Position numbers and translations under genes: made by a program. Positions 12,601-27,117 of a stretch of 64,000 nt of DNA are shown here, one piece after another. The notes beneath the pieces were generated by a model that was given only the letters and a program-made list of their open reading frames with translations, ran no database searches and had not been told where the DNA came from. The stretch comes from Lepidodermella squamata (lineage: Eukaryota; Animalia; Gastrotricha): the NCBI GenBank assembly GCA_047495785.1, contig JBLDXI010000030.1:868001-932000 (forward strand). The letters run 5' to 3'. Every line of letters starts with the position of its first letter. The first letter of the stretch is position 1.

Positions 12601-15600
12601 TCGATTCTCTACAAGATATAGCCGGCTCATTTCCCTGCAAGTCGCGGAACATGCAAAAATTTCGCCTCGAAAATCGCGAACAATTTCAAATACGCGACAT
12701 TTTGGCACACTTTGCGCGCGTCTGCTGCTCGAACGGACCATAGCAGGCGGGTAATGATCATGTCGGCTGATAGCCCGTTCGATTCTCTACAAGATATAGC
12801 CGGCTCATTTCCCTGCAAGTCGCGGAACATGCAAAAATTTCGCCTCGAAAATCGCGAACAATTTCAAATACGCGACATTTTGGCACACTTTGCGCGCGTC
12901 TGCTGCTCGAACGGACCATAGCAGGCGGGTAATGATCATGTCGGCTGATAGCCCGTTCGATTCTCTACAAGATATAGCCGGCTCATTTCCCTGCAAGTCG
13001 CGGAACATGCAAAAATTTCGCCTCGAAAATCGCGAACAATTTCAGATACGCGACATTTTGGCACACTTTGCGCGCGTCTGCTGCTCGAACGGACCATAGC
13101 AGGCGGGTAATGATCATGTCGGCTGATAGCCCGTTCGATTCTCTACAAGATATAGCCGGCTCATTTCCCTGCAAGCCGCGGAACATGCAAAAATTTCGCC
13201 TCGAAAATCGCGAACAATTTCAAATACGCGACATTTTGGCACACTTTGCGCGCGTCTGCTGCTCGAACGGACCATAGCAGGCGGGTAATGATCATGTCGG
13301 CTGATAGCCCGTTCGATTCTCTACAAGATATAGCCGGCTCATTTCCCTGCAAGTCGCGGAACATGCAAAAATTTCGCCTCGAAAATCGCGAACAATTTCA
13401 GATACGCGACATTTTGGCACACTTTGCGCGCGTCTGCTGCTCGAACGGACCATAGCAGGCGGGTAATGATCATGTCGGCTGATAGCCCGTTCGATTCTCT
13501 ACAAGATATAGCCGGCTCATTTCCCTGCAAGCCGCGGAACATGCAAAAATTTCGCCTCGAAAATCGCGAACAATTTCAAATACGCGACGTTTTGGCACAC
13601 TTTGCGCGCGTCTGCTGCTCGAACGGACCATAGTAGGCGGGTAATGATCATGTCGGCTGATAGCCCGTTCGATTCTCTACAAGATATAGCCGGCTCATTT
13701 CCCTGCAAGTCGCGGAACATGCAAAAATTTCGCCTCGAAAATCGCGAACAATTTCAAATACGCGACATTTTGGCACACTTTGCGCGCGTCTGCTGCTCGA
13801 ACGGACCATAGCAGGCGGGTAATGATCATGTCGGCTGATAGCCCGTTCGATTCTCTACAAGATATAGCCGGCTCATTTCCCTGCAAGTCGCGGAACATGC
13901 AAAAATTTCGCCTCGAAAATCGCGAACAATTTCAGATACGCGACATTTTGGCACACTTTGCGCGCGTCTGCTGCTCGAACGGACCATAGCAGGCGGGTAA
14001 TGATCATGTCGGCTGATAGCCCGTTCGATTCTCTACAAGATATAGCCGGCTCATTTCCCTGCAAGTCGCGGAACATGCAAAAATTTCGCCTCGAAAATCG
14101 CGAACAATTTCAGATACGCGACATTTTGGCACACTTTGCGCGCGTCTGCTGCTCGAACGGACCATAGCAGGCGGGTAATGATCATGTCGGCTGATAGCCC
14201 GTTCGATTCTCTACAAGATATAGCCGGCTCATTTCCCTGCAAGCCGCGGAACATGCAAAAATTTCGCCTCGAAAATCGCGAACAATTTCAAATACGCGAC
14301 ATTTTGGCACACTTTGCGCGCGTCTGCTGCTCGAACGGACCATAGCAGGCGGGTAATGATCATGTCGGCTGATAGCCCGTTCGATTCTCTACAAGATATA
14401 GCCGGCTCATTTCCCTGCAAGTCGCGGAACATGCAAAAATTTCGCCTCGAAAATCGCGAACAATTTCAGATACGCGACATTTTGGCACACTTTGCGCGCG
14501 TCTGCTGCTCGAACGGACCATAGCAGGCGGGTAATGATCATGTCGGCTGATAGCCCGTTCGATTCTCTACAAGATATAGCCGGCTCATTTCCCTGCAAGC
14601 CGCGGAACATGCAAAAATTTCGCCTCGAAAATCGCGAACAATTTCAAATACGCGACGTTTTGGCACACTTTGCGCGCGTCTGCTGCTCGAACGGACCATA
14701 GTAGGCGGGTAATGATCATGTCGGCTGATAGCCCGTTCGATTCTCTACAAGATATAGCCGGCTCATTTCCCTGCAAGTCGCGGAACATGCAAAAATTTCG
14801 CCTCGAAAATCGCGAACAATTTCAAATACGCGACATTTTGGCACACTTTGCGCGCGTCTGCTGCTCGAACGGACCATAGCAGGCGGGTAATGATCATGTC
14901 GGCTGATAGCCCGTTCGATTCTCTACAAGATATAGCCGGCTCATTTCCCTGCAAGTCGCGGAACATGCAAAAATTTCGCCTCGAAAATCGCGAACAATTT
15001 CAGATACGCGACATTTTGGCACACTTTGCGCGCGTCTGCTGCTCGAACGGACCATAGCAGGCGGGTAATGATCATGTCGGCTGATAGCCCGTTCGATTCT
15101 CTACAAGATATAGCCGGCTCATTTCCCTGCAAGCCGCGGAACATGCAAAAATTTCGCCTCGAAAATCGCGAACAATTTCAAATACGCGACGTTTTGGCAC
15201 ACTTTGCGCGCGTCTGCTGCTCGAACGGACCATAGTAGGCGGGTAATGATCATGTCGGCTGATAGCCCGTTCGATTCTCTACAAGATATAGCCGGCTCAT
15301 TTCCCTGCAAGTCGCGGAACATGCAAAAATTTCGCCTCGAAAATCGCGAACAATTTCAAATACGCGACATTTTGGCACACTTTGCGCGCGTCTGCTGCTC
15401 GAACGGACCATAGTAGGCGGGTAATGATCATGTCGGCTGATAGCCCGTTCGATTCTCTACAAGATATAGCCGGCTCATTTCCCTGCAAGTCGCGGAACAT
15501 GCAAAAATTTCGCCTCGAAAATCGCGAACAATTTCAAATACGCGACATTTTGGCACACTTTGCGCGCGTCTGCTGCTCGAACGGACCATAGTAGGCGGGT

Positions 15601-18600
15601 AATGATCATGTCGGCTGATAGCCCGTTCGATTCTCTACAAGATATAGCCAGCTCATTTCCCTGCAAGTCGCGGAACATGCAAAAATTTCGCCTCGAAAAT
15701 CGCGAACAATTTCAAATACGCGACATTTTGGCACACTTTGCGCGCGTCTGCTGCTCGAACGGACCATAGCAGGCGGGTAATGATCATGTCGGCTGATAGC
15801 CCGTTCGATTCTCTACAAGATATAGCCGGCTCATTTCCCTGCAAGTCGCGGAACATGCAAAAATTTCGCCTCGAAAATCGCGAACAATTTCAAATACGCG
15901 ACATTTTGGCACACTTTGCGCGCGTCTGCTGCTCGAACGGACCATAGCAGGCGGGTAATGATCATGTCGGCTGATAGCCCGTTCGATTCTCTACAAGATA
16001 TAGCCGGCTCATTTCCCTGCAAGTCGCGGAACATGCAAAAATTTCGCCTCGAAAATCGCGAACAATTTCAGATACGCGACATTTTGGCACACTTTGCGCG
16101 CGTCTGCTGCTCGAACGGACCATAGCAGGCGGGTAATGATCATGTCGGCTGATAGCCCGTTCGATTCTCTACAAGATATAGCCGGCTCATTTCCCTGCAA
16201 GTCGCGGAACATGCAAAAATTTCGCCTCGAAAATCGCGAACAATTTCAAATACGCGACATTTTGGCACACTTTGCGCGCGTCTGCTGCTCGAACGGACCA
16301 TAGTAGGCGGGTAATGATCATGTCGGCTGATAGCCCGTTCGATTCTCTACAAGATATAGCCGGCTCATTTCCCTGCAAGTCGCGGAACATGCAAAAATTT
16401 CGCCTCGAAAATCGCGAACAATTTCAAATACGCGACATTTTGGCACACTTTGCGCGCGTCTGCTGCTCGAACGGACCATAGTAGGCGGGTAATGATCATG
16501 TCGGCTGATAGCCCGTTCGATTCTCTACAAGATATAGCCGGCTCATTTCCCTGCAAGTCGCGGAACATGCAAAAATTTCGCCTCGAAAATCGCGAACAAT
16601 TTCAAATACGCGACATTTTGGCACACTTTGCGCGCGTCTGCTGCTCGAACGGACCATAGTAGGCGGGTAATGATCATGTCGGCTGATAGCCCGTTCGATT
16701 CTCTACAAGATATAGCCGGCTCATTTCCCTGCAAGTCGCGGAACATGCAAAAATTTCGCCTCGAAAATCGCGAACAATTTCAAATACGCGACATTTTGGC
16801 ACACTTTGCGCGCGTCTGCTGCTCGAACGGACCATAGTAGGCGGGTAATGATCATGTCGGCTGATAGCCCGTTCGATTCTCTACAAGATATAGCCGGCTC
16901 ATTTCCCTGCAAGTCGCGGAACATGCAAAAATTTCGCCTCGAAAATCGCGAACAATTTCAAATACGCGACATTTTGGCACACTTTGCGCGCGTCTGCTGC
17001 TCGAACGGACCATAGTAGGCGGGTAATGATCATGTCGGCTGATAGCCCGTTCGATTCTCTACAAGATATAGCCGGCTCATTTCCCTGCAAGTCGCGGAAC
17101 ATGCAAAAATTTCGCCTCGAAAATCGCGAACAATTTCAAATACGCGACATTTTGGCACACTTTGCGCGCGTCTGCTGCTCGAACGGACCATAGCAGGCGG
17201 GTAATGATCATGTCGGCTGATAGCCCGTTCGATTCTCTACAAGATATAGCCAGCTCATTTCCCTGCAAGTCGCGGAACATGCAAAAATTTCGCCTCGAAA
17301 ATCGCGAACAATTTCAAATACGCGACATTTTGGCACACTTTGCGCGCGTCTGCTGCTCGAACGGACCATAGCAGGCGGGTAATGATCATGTCGGCTGATA
17401 GCCCGTTCGATTCTCTACAAGATATAGCCGGCTCATTTCCCTGCAAGTCGCGGAACATGCAAAAATTTCGCCTCGAAAATCGCGAACAATTTCAAATACG
17501 CGACATTTTGGCACACTTTGCGCGCGTCTGCTGCTCGAACGGACCATCGCAGGCGGGTAATGATCATGTCGGCTGATAGCCCGTTCGATTCTCTACAAGA
17601 TATAGCCGGCTCATTTCCCTGCAAGTCGCGGAACATGCAAAAATTTCGCCTCGAAAATCGCGAACAATTTCAGATACGCGACATTTTGGCACACTTTGCG
17701 CGCGTCTGCTGCTCGAACGGACCATAGTAGGCGGGTAATGATCATGTCGGCTGATAGCCCGTTCGATTCTCTACAAGATATAGCCAGCTCATTTCCCTGC
17801 AAGTCGCGGAACATGCAAAAATTTCGCCTCGAAAATCGCGAACAATTTCAAATACGCGACATTTTGGCACACTTTGCGCGCGTCTGCTGCTCGAACGGAC
17901 CATCGCAGGCGGGTAATGATCATGTCGGCTGATAGCCCGTTCGATTCTCTACAAGATATAGCCAGCTCATTTCCCTGCAAGTCGCGGAACATGCAAAAAT
18001 TTCGCCTCGAAAATCGCGAACAATTTCAAATACGCGACATTTTGGCACACTTTGCGCGCGTCTGCTGCTCGAACGGACCATAGTAGGCGGGTAATGATCA
18101 TGTCGGCTGATAGCCCGTTCGATTCTCTACAAGATATAGCCAGCTCATTTCCCTGCAAGTCGCGGAACATGCAAAAATTTCGCCTCGAAAATCGCGAACA
18201 ATTTCAAATACGCGACATTTTGGCACACTTTGCGCGCGTCTGCTGCTCGAACGGACCATCGCAGGCGGGTAATGATCATGTCGGCTGATAGCCCGTTCGA
18301 TTCTCTACAAGATATAGCCGGCTCATTTCCCTGCAAGTCGCGGAACATGCAAAAATTTCGCCTCGAAAATCGCGAACAATTTCAAATACGCGACATTTTG
18401 GCACACTTTGCGCGCGTCTGCTGCTCGAACGGACCATAGTAGGCGGGTAATGATCATGTCGGCTGATAGCCCGTTCGATTCTCTACAAGATATAGCCGGC
18501 TCATTTCCCTGCAAGTCGCGGAACATGCAAAAAATTTAGCCTCGAAAATCGCGAACAATTTCAAATACGCGACATTTTGGCACACTTTGCGCGCGTCTGC

Positions 18601-21600
18601 TGCTCGAACGGACCATAGCAGGCGGGTAATGATCATGTCGGCTGATAGCCCGTTCGATTCTCTACAAGATATAGCCGGCTCATTTCCCTGCAAGTCGCGG
18701 AACATGCAAAAATTTCGCCTCGAAAATCGCGAACAATTTCAGATACGCGACATTTTGGCACACTTTGCGCGCGTCTGCTGCTCGAACGGACCATAGCAGG
18801 CGGGTAATGATCATGTCGGCTGATAGCCCGTTCGATTCTCTACAAGATATAGCCGGCTCATTTCCCTGCAAGTCGCGGAACATGCAAAAATTTCGCCTCG
18901 AAAATCGCGAACAATTTCAAATACGCGACATTTTGGCACACTTTGCGCGCGTCTGCTGCTCGAACGGACCATCGCAGGCGGGTAATGATCATGTCGGCTG
19001 ATAGCCCGTTCGATTCTCTACAAGATATAGCCAGCTCATTTCCCTGCAAGTCGCGGAACATGCAAAAATTTCGCCTCGAAAATCGCGAACAATTTCAAAT
19101 ACGCGACATTTTGGCACACTTTGCGCGCGTCTGCTGCTCGAACGGACCATAGCAGGCGGGTAATGATCATGTCGGCTGATAGCCCGTTCGATTCTCTACA
19201 AGATATAGCCGGCTCATTTCCCTGCAAGTCGCGGAACATGCAAAAATTTCGCCTCGAAAATCGCGAACAATTTCAGATACGCGACATTTTGGCACACTTT
19301 GCGCGCGTCTGCTGCTCGAACGGACCATAGCAGGCGGGTAATGATCATGTCGGCTGATAGCCCGTTCGATTCTCTACAAGATATAGCCGGCTCATTTCCC
19401 TGCAAGTCGCGGAACATGCAAAAATTTCGCCTCGAAAATCGCGAACAATTTCAGATACGCGACATTTTGGCACACTTTGCGCGCGTCTGCTGCTCGAACG
19501 GACCATAGCAGGCGGGTAATGATCATGTCGGCTGATAGCCCGTTCGATTCTCTACAAGATATAGCCGGCTCATTTCCCTGCAAGTCGCGGAACATGCAAA
19601 AATTTCGCCTCGAAAATCGCGAACAATTTCAAATACGCGACATTTTGGCACACTTTGCGCGCGTCTGCTGCTCGAACGGACCATAGCAGGCGGGTAATGA
19701 TCATGTCGGCTGATAGCCCGTTCGATTCTCTACAAGATATAGCCGGCTCATTTCCCTGCAAGTCGCGGAACATGCAAAAATTTCGCCTCGAAAATCGCGA
19801 ACAATTTCAAATACGCGACATTTTGGCACACTTTGCGCGCGTCTGCTGCTCGAACGGACCATAGTAGGCGGGTAATGATCATGTCGGCTGATAGCCCGTT
19901 CGATTCTCTACAAGATATAGCCAGCTCATTTCCCTGCAAGTCGCGGAACATGCAAAAATTTCGCCTCGAAAATCGCGAACAATTTCAAATACGCGACATT
20001 TTGGCACACTTTGCGCGCGTCTGCTGCTCGAACGGACCATAGTAGGCGGGTAATGATCATGTCGGCTGATAGCCCGTTCGATTCTCTACAAGATATAGCC
20101 AGCTCATTTCCCTGCAAGTCGCGGAACATGCAAAAATTTCGCCTCGAAAATCGCGAACAATTTCAAATACGCGACATTTTGGCACACTTTGCGCGCGTCT
20201 GCTGCTCGAACGGACCATAGCAGGCGGGTAATGATCATGTCGGCTGATAGCCCGTTCGATTCTCTACAAGATATAGCCAGCTCATTTCCCTGCAAGTCGC
20301 GGAACATGCAAAAATTTCGCCTCGAAAATCGCGAACAATTTCAAATACGCGACATTTTGGCACACTTTGCGCGCGTCTGCTGCTCGAACGGACCATAGCA
20401 GGCGGGTAATGATCATGTCGGCTGATAGCCCGTTCGATTCTCTACAAGATATAGCCGGCTCATTTCCCTGCAAGTCGCGGAACATGCAAAAATTTCGCCT
20501 CGAAAATCGCGAACAATTTCAGATACGCGACATTTTGGCACACTTTGCGCGCGTCTGCTGCTCGAACGGACCATAGCAGGCGGGTAATGATCATGTCGGC
20601 TGATAGCCCGTTCGATTCTCTACAAGATATAGCCGGCTCATTTCCCTGCAAGTCGCGGAACATGCAAAAATTTCGCCTCGAAAATCGCGAACAATTTCAG
20701 ATACGCGACATTTTGGCACACTTTGCGCGCGTCTGCTGCTCGAACGGACCATAGCAGGCGGGTAATGATCATGTCGGCTGATAGCCCGTTCGATTCTCTA
20801 CAAGATATAGCCGGCTCATTTCCCTGCAAGTCGCGGAACATGCAAAAATTTCGCCTCGAAAATCGCGAACAATTTCAAATACGCGACATTTTGGCACACT
20901 TTGCGCGCGTCTGCTGCTCGAACGGACCATAGCAGGCGGGTAATGATCATGTCGGCTGATAGCCCGTTCGATTCTCTACAAGATATAGCCGGCTCATTTC
21001 CCTGCAAGTCGCGGAACATGCAAAAATTTCGCCTCGAAAATCGCGAACAATTTCAAATACGCGACATTTTGGCACACTTTGCGCGCGTCTGCTGCTCGAA
21101 CGGACCATAGTAGGCGGGTAATGATCATGTCGGCTGATAGCCCGTTCGATTCTCTACAAGATATAGCCAGCTCATTTCCCTGCAAGTCGCGGAACATGCA
21201 AAAATTTCGCCTCGAAAATCGCGAACAATTTCAAATACGCGACATTTTGGCACACTTTGCGCGCGTCTGCTGCTCGAACGGACCATAGTAGGCGGGTAAT
21301 GATCATGTCGGCTGATAGCCCGTTCGATTCTCTACAAGATATAGCCAGCTCATTTCCCTGCAAGTCGCGGAACATGCAAAAATTTCGCCTCGAAAATCGC
21401 GAACAATTTCAAATACGCGACATTTTGGCACACTTTGCGCGCGTCTGCTGCTCGAACGGACCATAGCAGGCGGGTAATGATCATGTCGGCTGATAGCCCG
21501 TTCGATTCTCTACAAGATATAGCCGGCTCATTTCCCTGCAAGTCGCGGAACATGCAAAAATTTCGCCTCGAAAATCGCGAACAATTTCAGATACGCGACA

Positions 21601-24600
21601 TTTTGGCACACTTTGCGCGCGTCTGCTGCTCGAACGGACCATAGCAGGCGGGTAATGATCATGTCGGCTGATAGCCCGTTCGATTCTCTACAAGATATAG
21701 CCGGCTCATTTCCCTGCAAGTCGCGGAACATGCAAAAATTTCGCCTCGAAAATCGCGAACAATTTCAAATACGCGACATTTTGGCACACTTTGCGCGCGT
21801 CTGCTGCTCGAACGGACCATAGCAGGCGGGTAATGATCATGTCGGCTGATAGCCCGTTCGATTCTCTACAAGATATAGCCAGCTCATTTCCCTGCAAGTC
21901 GCGGAACATGCAAAAATTTCGCCTCGAAAATCGCGAACAATTTCAAATACGCGACATTTTGGCACACTTTGCGCGCGTCTGCTGCTCGAACGGACCATAG
22001 CAGGCGGGTAATGATCATGTCGGCTGATAGCCCGTTCGATTCTCTACAAGATATAGCCGGCTCATTTCCCTGCAAGTCGCGGAACATGCAAAAATTTCGC
22101 CTCGAAAATCGCGAACAATTTCAGATACGCGACATTTTGGCACACTTTGCGCGCGTCTGCTGCTCGAACGGACCATAGCAGGCGGGTAATGATCATGTCG
22201 GCTGATAGCCCGTTCGATTCTCTACAAGATATAGCCGGCTCATTTCCCTGCAAGTCGCGGAACATGCAAAAATTTCGCCTCGAAAATCGCGAACAATTTC
22301 AGATACGCGACATTTTGGCACACTTTGCGCGCGTCTGCTGCTCGAACGGACCATAGCAGGCGGGTAATGATCATGTCGGCTGATAGCCCGTTCGATTCTC
22401 TACAAGATATAGCCAGCTCATTTCCCTGCAAGTCGCGGAACATGCAAAAATTTCGCCTCGAAAATCGCGAACAATTTCAAATACGCGACATTTTGGCACA
22501 CTTTGCGCGCGTCTGCTGCTCGAACGGACCATCGCAGGCGGGTAATGATCATGTCGGCTGATAGCCCGTTCGATTCTCTACAAGATATAGCCAGCTCATT
22601 TCCCTGCAAGTCGCGGAACATGCAAAAATTTCGCCTCGAAAATCGCGAACAATTTCAAATACGCGACATTTTGGCACACTTTGCGCGCGTCTGCTGCTCG
22701 AACGGACCATAGCAGGCGGGTAATGATCATGTCGGCTGATAGCCCGTTCGATTCTCTACAAGATATAGCCGGCTCATTTCCCTGCAAGTCGCGGAACATG
22801 CAAAAATTTCGCCTCGAAAATCGCGAACAATTTCAGATACGCGACATTTTGGCACACTTTGCGCGCGTCTGCTGCTCGAACGGACCATAGCAGGCGGGTA
22901 ATGATCATGTCGGCTGATAGCCCGTTCGATTCTCTACAAGATATAGCCGGCTCATTTCCCTGCAAGTCGCGGAACATGCAAAAATTTCGCCTCGAAAATC
23001 GCGAACAATTTCAAATACGCGACATTTTGGCACACTTTGCGCGCGTCTGCTGCTCGAACGGACCATAGCAGGCGGGTAATGATCATGTCGGCTGATAGCC
23101 CGTTCGATTCTCTACAAGATATAGCCGGCTCATTTCCCTGCAAGTCGCGGAACATGCAAAAATTTCGCCTCGAAAATCGCGAACAATTTCAAATACGCGA
23201 CATTTTGGCACACTTTGCGCGCGTCTGCTGCTCGAACGGACCATAGTAGGCGGGTAATGATCATGTCGGCTGATAGCCCGTTCGATTCTCTACAAGATAT
23301 AGCCAGCTCATTTCCCTGCAAGTCGCGGAACATGCAAAAATTTCGCCTCGAAAATCGCGAACAATTTCAAATACGCGACATTTTGGCACACTTTGCGCGC
23401 GTCTGCTGCTCGAACGGACCATAGTAGGCGGGTAATGATCATGTCGGCTGATAGCCCGTTCGATTCTCTACAAGATATAGCCAGCTCATTTCCCTGCAAG
23501 TCGCGGAACATGCAAAAATTTCGCCTCGAAAATCGCGAACAATTTCAAATACGCGACATTTTGGCACACTTTGCGCGCGTCTGCTGCTCGAACGGACCAT
23601 AGCAGGCGGGTAATGATCATGTCGGCTGATAGCCCGTTCGATTCTCTACAAGATATAGCCGGCTCATTTCCCTGCAAGTCGCGGAACATGCAAAAATTTC
23701 GCCTCGAAAATCGCGAACAATTTCAAATACGCGACATTTTGGCACACTTTGCGCGCGTCTGCTGCTCGAACGGACCATAGTAGGCGGGTAATGATCATGT
23801 CGGCTGATAGCCCGTTCGATTCTCTACAAGATATAGCCGGCTCATTTCCCTGCAAGTCGCGGAACATGCAAAAAATTTAGCCTCGAAAATCGCGAACAAT
23901 TTCAAATACGCGACATTTTGGCACACTTTGCGCGCGTCTGCTGCTCGAACGGACCATAGCAGGCGGGTAATGATCATGTCGGCTGATAGCCCGTTCGATT
24001 CTCTACAAGATATAGCCGGCTCATTTCCCTGCAAGTCGCGGAACATGCAAAAATTTCGCCTCGAAAATCGCGAACAATTTCAGATACGCGACATTTTGGC
24101 ACACTTTGCGCGCGTCTGCTGCTCGAACGGACCATAGCAGGCGGGTAATGATCATGTCGGCTGATAGCCCGTTCGATTCTCTACAAGATATAGCCGGCTC
24201 ATTTCCCTGCAAGTCGCGGAACATGCAAAAATTTCGCCTCGAAAATCGCGAACAATTTCAGATACGCGACATTTTGGCACACTTTGCGCGCGTCTGCTGC
24301 TCGAACGGACCATAGTAGGCGGGTAATGATCATGTCGGCTGATAGCCCGTTCGATTCTCTACAAGATATAGCCGGCTCATTTCCCTGCAAGTCGCGGAAC
24401 ATGCAAAAATTTCGCCTCGAAAATCGCGAACAATTTCAAATACGCGACATTTTGGCACACTTTGCGCGCGTCTGCTGCTCGAACGGACCATAGTAGGCGG
24501 GTAATGATCATGTCGGCTGATAGCCCGTTCGATTCTCTACAAGATATAGCCGGCTCATTTCCCTGCAAGTCGCGGAACATGCAAAAATTTCGCCTCGAAA

Positions 24601-26553
24601 ATCGCGAACAATTTCAAATACGCGACATTTTGGCACACTTTGCGCGCGTCTGCTGCTCGAACGGACCATAGTAGGCGGGTAATGATCATGTCGGCTGATA
24701 GCCCGTTCGATTCTCTACAAGATATAGCCGGCTCATTTCCCTGCAAGTCGCGGAACATGCAAAAATTTCGCCTCGAAAATCGCGAACAATTTCAAATACG
24801 CGACATTTTGGCACACTTTGCGCGCGTCTGCTGCTCGAACGGACCATAGTAGGCGGGTAATGATCATGTCGGCTGATAGCCCGTTCGATTCTCTACAAGA
24901 TATAGCCGGCTCATTTCCCTGCAAGTCGCGGAACATGCAAAAATTTCGCCTCGAAAATCGCGAACAATTTCAAATACGCGACATTTTGGCACACTTTGCG
25001 CGCGTCTGCTGCTCGAACGGACCATAGTAGGCGGGTAATGATCATGTCGGCTGATAGCCCGTTCGATTCTCTACAAGATATAGCCAGCTCATTTCCCTGC
25101 AAGTCGCGGAACATGCAAAAATTTCGCCTCGAAAATCGCGAACAATTTCAAATACGCGACATTTTGGCACACTTTGCGCGCGTCTGCTGCTCGAACGGAC
25201 CATCGCAGGCGGGTAATGATCATGTCGGCTGATAGCCCGTTCGATTCTCTACAAGATATAGCCGGCTCATTTCCCTGCAAGTCGCGGAACATGCAAAAAT
25301 TTCGCCTCGAAAATCGCGAACAATTTCAAATACGCGACATTTTGGCACACTTTGCGCGCGTCTGCTGCTCGAACGGACCATAGTAGGCGGGTAATGATCA
25401 TGTCGGCTGATAGCCCGTTCGATTCTCTACAAGATATAGCCGGCTCATTTCCCTGCAAGTCGCGGAACATGCAAAAATTTCGCCTCGAAAATCGCGAACA
25501 ATTTCAAATACGCGACATTTTGGCACACTTTGCGCGCGTCTGCTGCTCGAACGGACCATAGCAGGCGGGTAATGATCATGTCGGCTGATAGCCCGTTCGA
25601 TTCTCTACAAGATATAGCCGGCTCATTTCCCTGCAAGTCGCGGAACATGCAAAAATTTCGCCTCGAAAATCGCGAACAATTTCAAATACGCGACATTTTG
25701 GCACACTTTGCGCGCGTCTGCTGCTCGAACGGACCATAGTAGGCGGGTAATGATCATGTCGGCTGATAGCCCGTTCGATTCTCTACAAGATATAGCCGGC
25801 TCATTTCCCTGCAAGTCGCGGAACATGCAAAAATTTCGCCTCGAAAATCGCGAACAATTTCAAATACGCGACATTTTGGCACACTTTGCGCGCGTCTGCT
25901 GCTCGAACGGACCATAGTAGGCGGGTAATGATCATGTCGGCTGATAGCCCGTTCGATTCTCTACAAGATATAGCCGGCTCATTTCCCTGCAAGTCGCGGA
26001 ACATGCAAAAATTTCGCCTCGAAAATCGCGAACAATTTCAAATACGCGACATTTTGGCACACTTTGCGCGCGTCTGCTGCTCGAACGGACCATAGTAGGC
26101 GGGTAATGATCATGTCGGCTGATAGCCCGTTCGATTCTCTACAAGATATAGCCGGCTCATTTCCCTGCAAGTCGCGGAACATGCAAAAATTTCGCCTCGA
26201 AAATCGCGAACAATTTCAAATACGCGACATTTTGGCACACTTTGCGCGCGTCTGCTGCTCGAACGGACCATAGCAGGCGGGTAATGATCATGTCGGCTGA
26301 TAGCCCGTTCGATTCTCTACAAGATATAGCCGGCTCATTTCCCTGCAAGTCGCGGAACATGCAAAAATTTCGCCTCGAAAATCGCGAACAATTTCAAATA
26401 CGCGACATTTTGGCACACTTTGCGCGCGTCTGCTGCTCGAACGGACCATAGCAGGCGGGTAATGATCATGTCGGCTGATAGCCCGTTCGATTCTCTACAA
26501 GATATAGCCGGCTCATTTCCCTGCAAGTCGCGGAACATGCAAAAAATTTAGCC
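9672..26553. repeat. 178-bp tandem satellite array, ~95 copies
   Basis: Unit attttggcacactttgcgcgcgtctgctgctcgaacggaccatagcaggcgggtaatgatcatgtcggctgatagcccgttcgattctctacaagatatagccggctcatttccctgcaagtcgcggaacatgcaaaaatttcgcctcgaaaatcgcgaacaatttcaaatacgcgac repeats head-to-tail with only a few variant sites. The ORF track repeats at 178-bp periodicity. Confidence 0.98.
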
Positions 26554-27117
26554 TTCAATTCGCCACTCTGAGCGTATACTGTAGGATAAATGAAGTGGTC
26601 TTGTTGATAAAACAGCTATAAAACTGAAGCTTGGGTGTATTATTGCTTTATTCTGTTACGTATATTGCTAAAGGATGGCCTAAGCGCCATGCGACCTCAT
26701 TCATAATTCTTTTACGCTTGTTAAATGACTAATAATCGTCAAATCTTTGCGGAATGAATGAAAACTAGGCCATATAGCCCCTTATATATGAATTTTAAAA
26801 TTGAGTTGATATTGAGCGTTTATCATATTATTTTAGCGTAAACGCGATTAACATTCAAAACAATGTAATTCCAGGTGAAGATTTTGATATATTACAGTAC
26901 TTTTGCTTGGATTCTTGAAGAAAAAATTTGCGGTAGTACTGCGGTAGGTTTTCGGTAGTTTTTCGGTAGTACTACCGAAAAAGTACCGAAATATTTGTAA
27001 TATGACCAAAAAATTTCGCACGCGATCCCGACGGCCCTCATATGAATTGTGAAAGACCCTGTAGAGAAAAAATTACACACGTCCTTTTTTCTCTATGTTT
27101 TTCAAACAACTTTATTT

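Noticed and set aside
9602-26538. ~190 short repeated ORFs (MRASAART..., MFRDLQG...)
   Set aside because: Artefacts of the 178-bp unit, which is not a multiple of 3; the + strand set starts at TTG, and neither set shows protein-family similarity.
9672-26553. CRISPR array, or 5S/tRNA/spliced-leader gene array
   Set aside because: No unique spacers or cas genes; no 5S, tRNA cloverleaf or clear SL/Sm-site features recognised in the monomer. The length match to Arabidopsis CEN178 is coincidental, with no sequence similarity seen.
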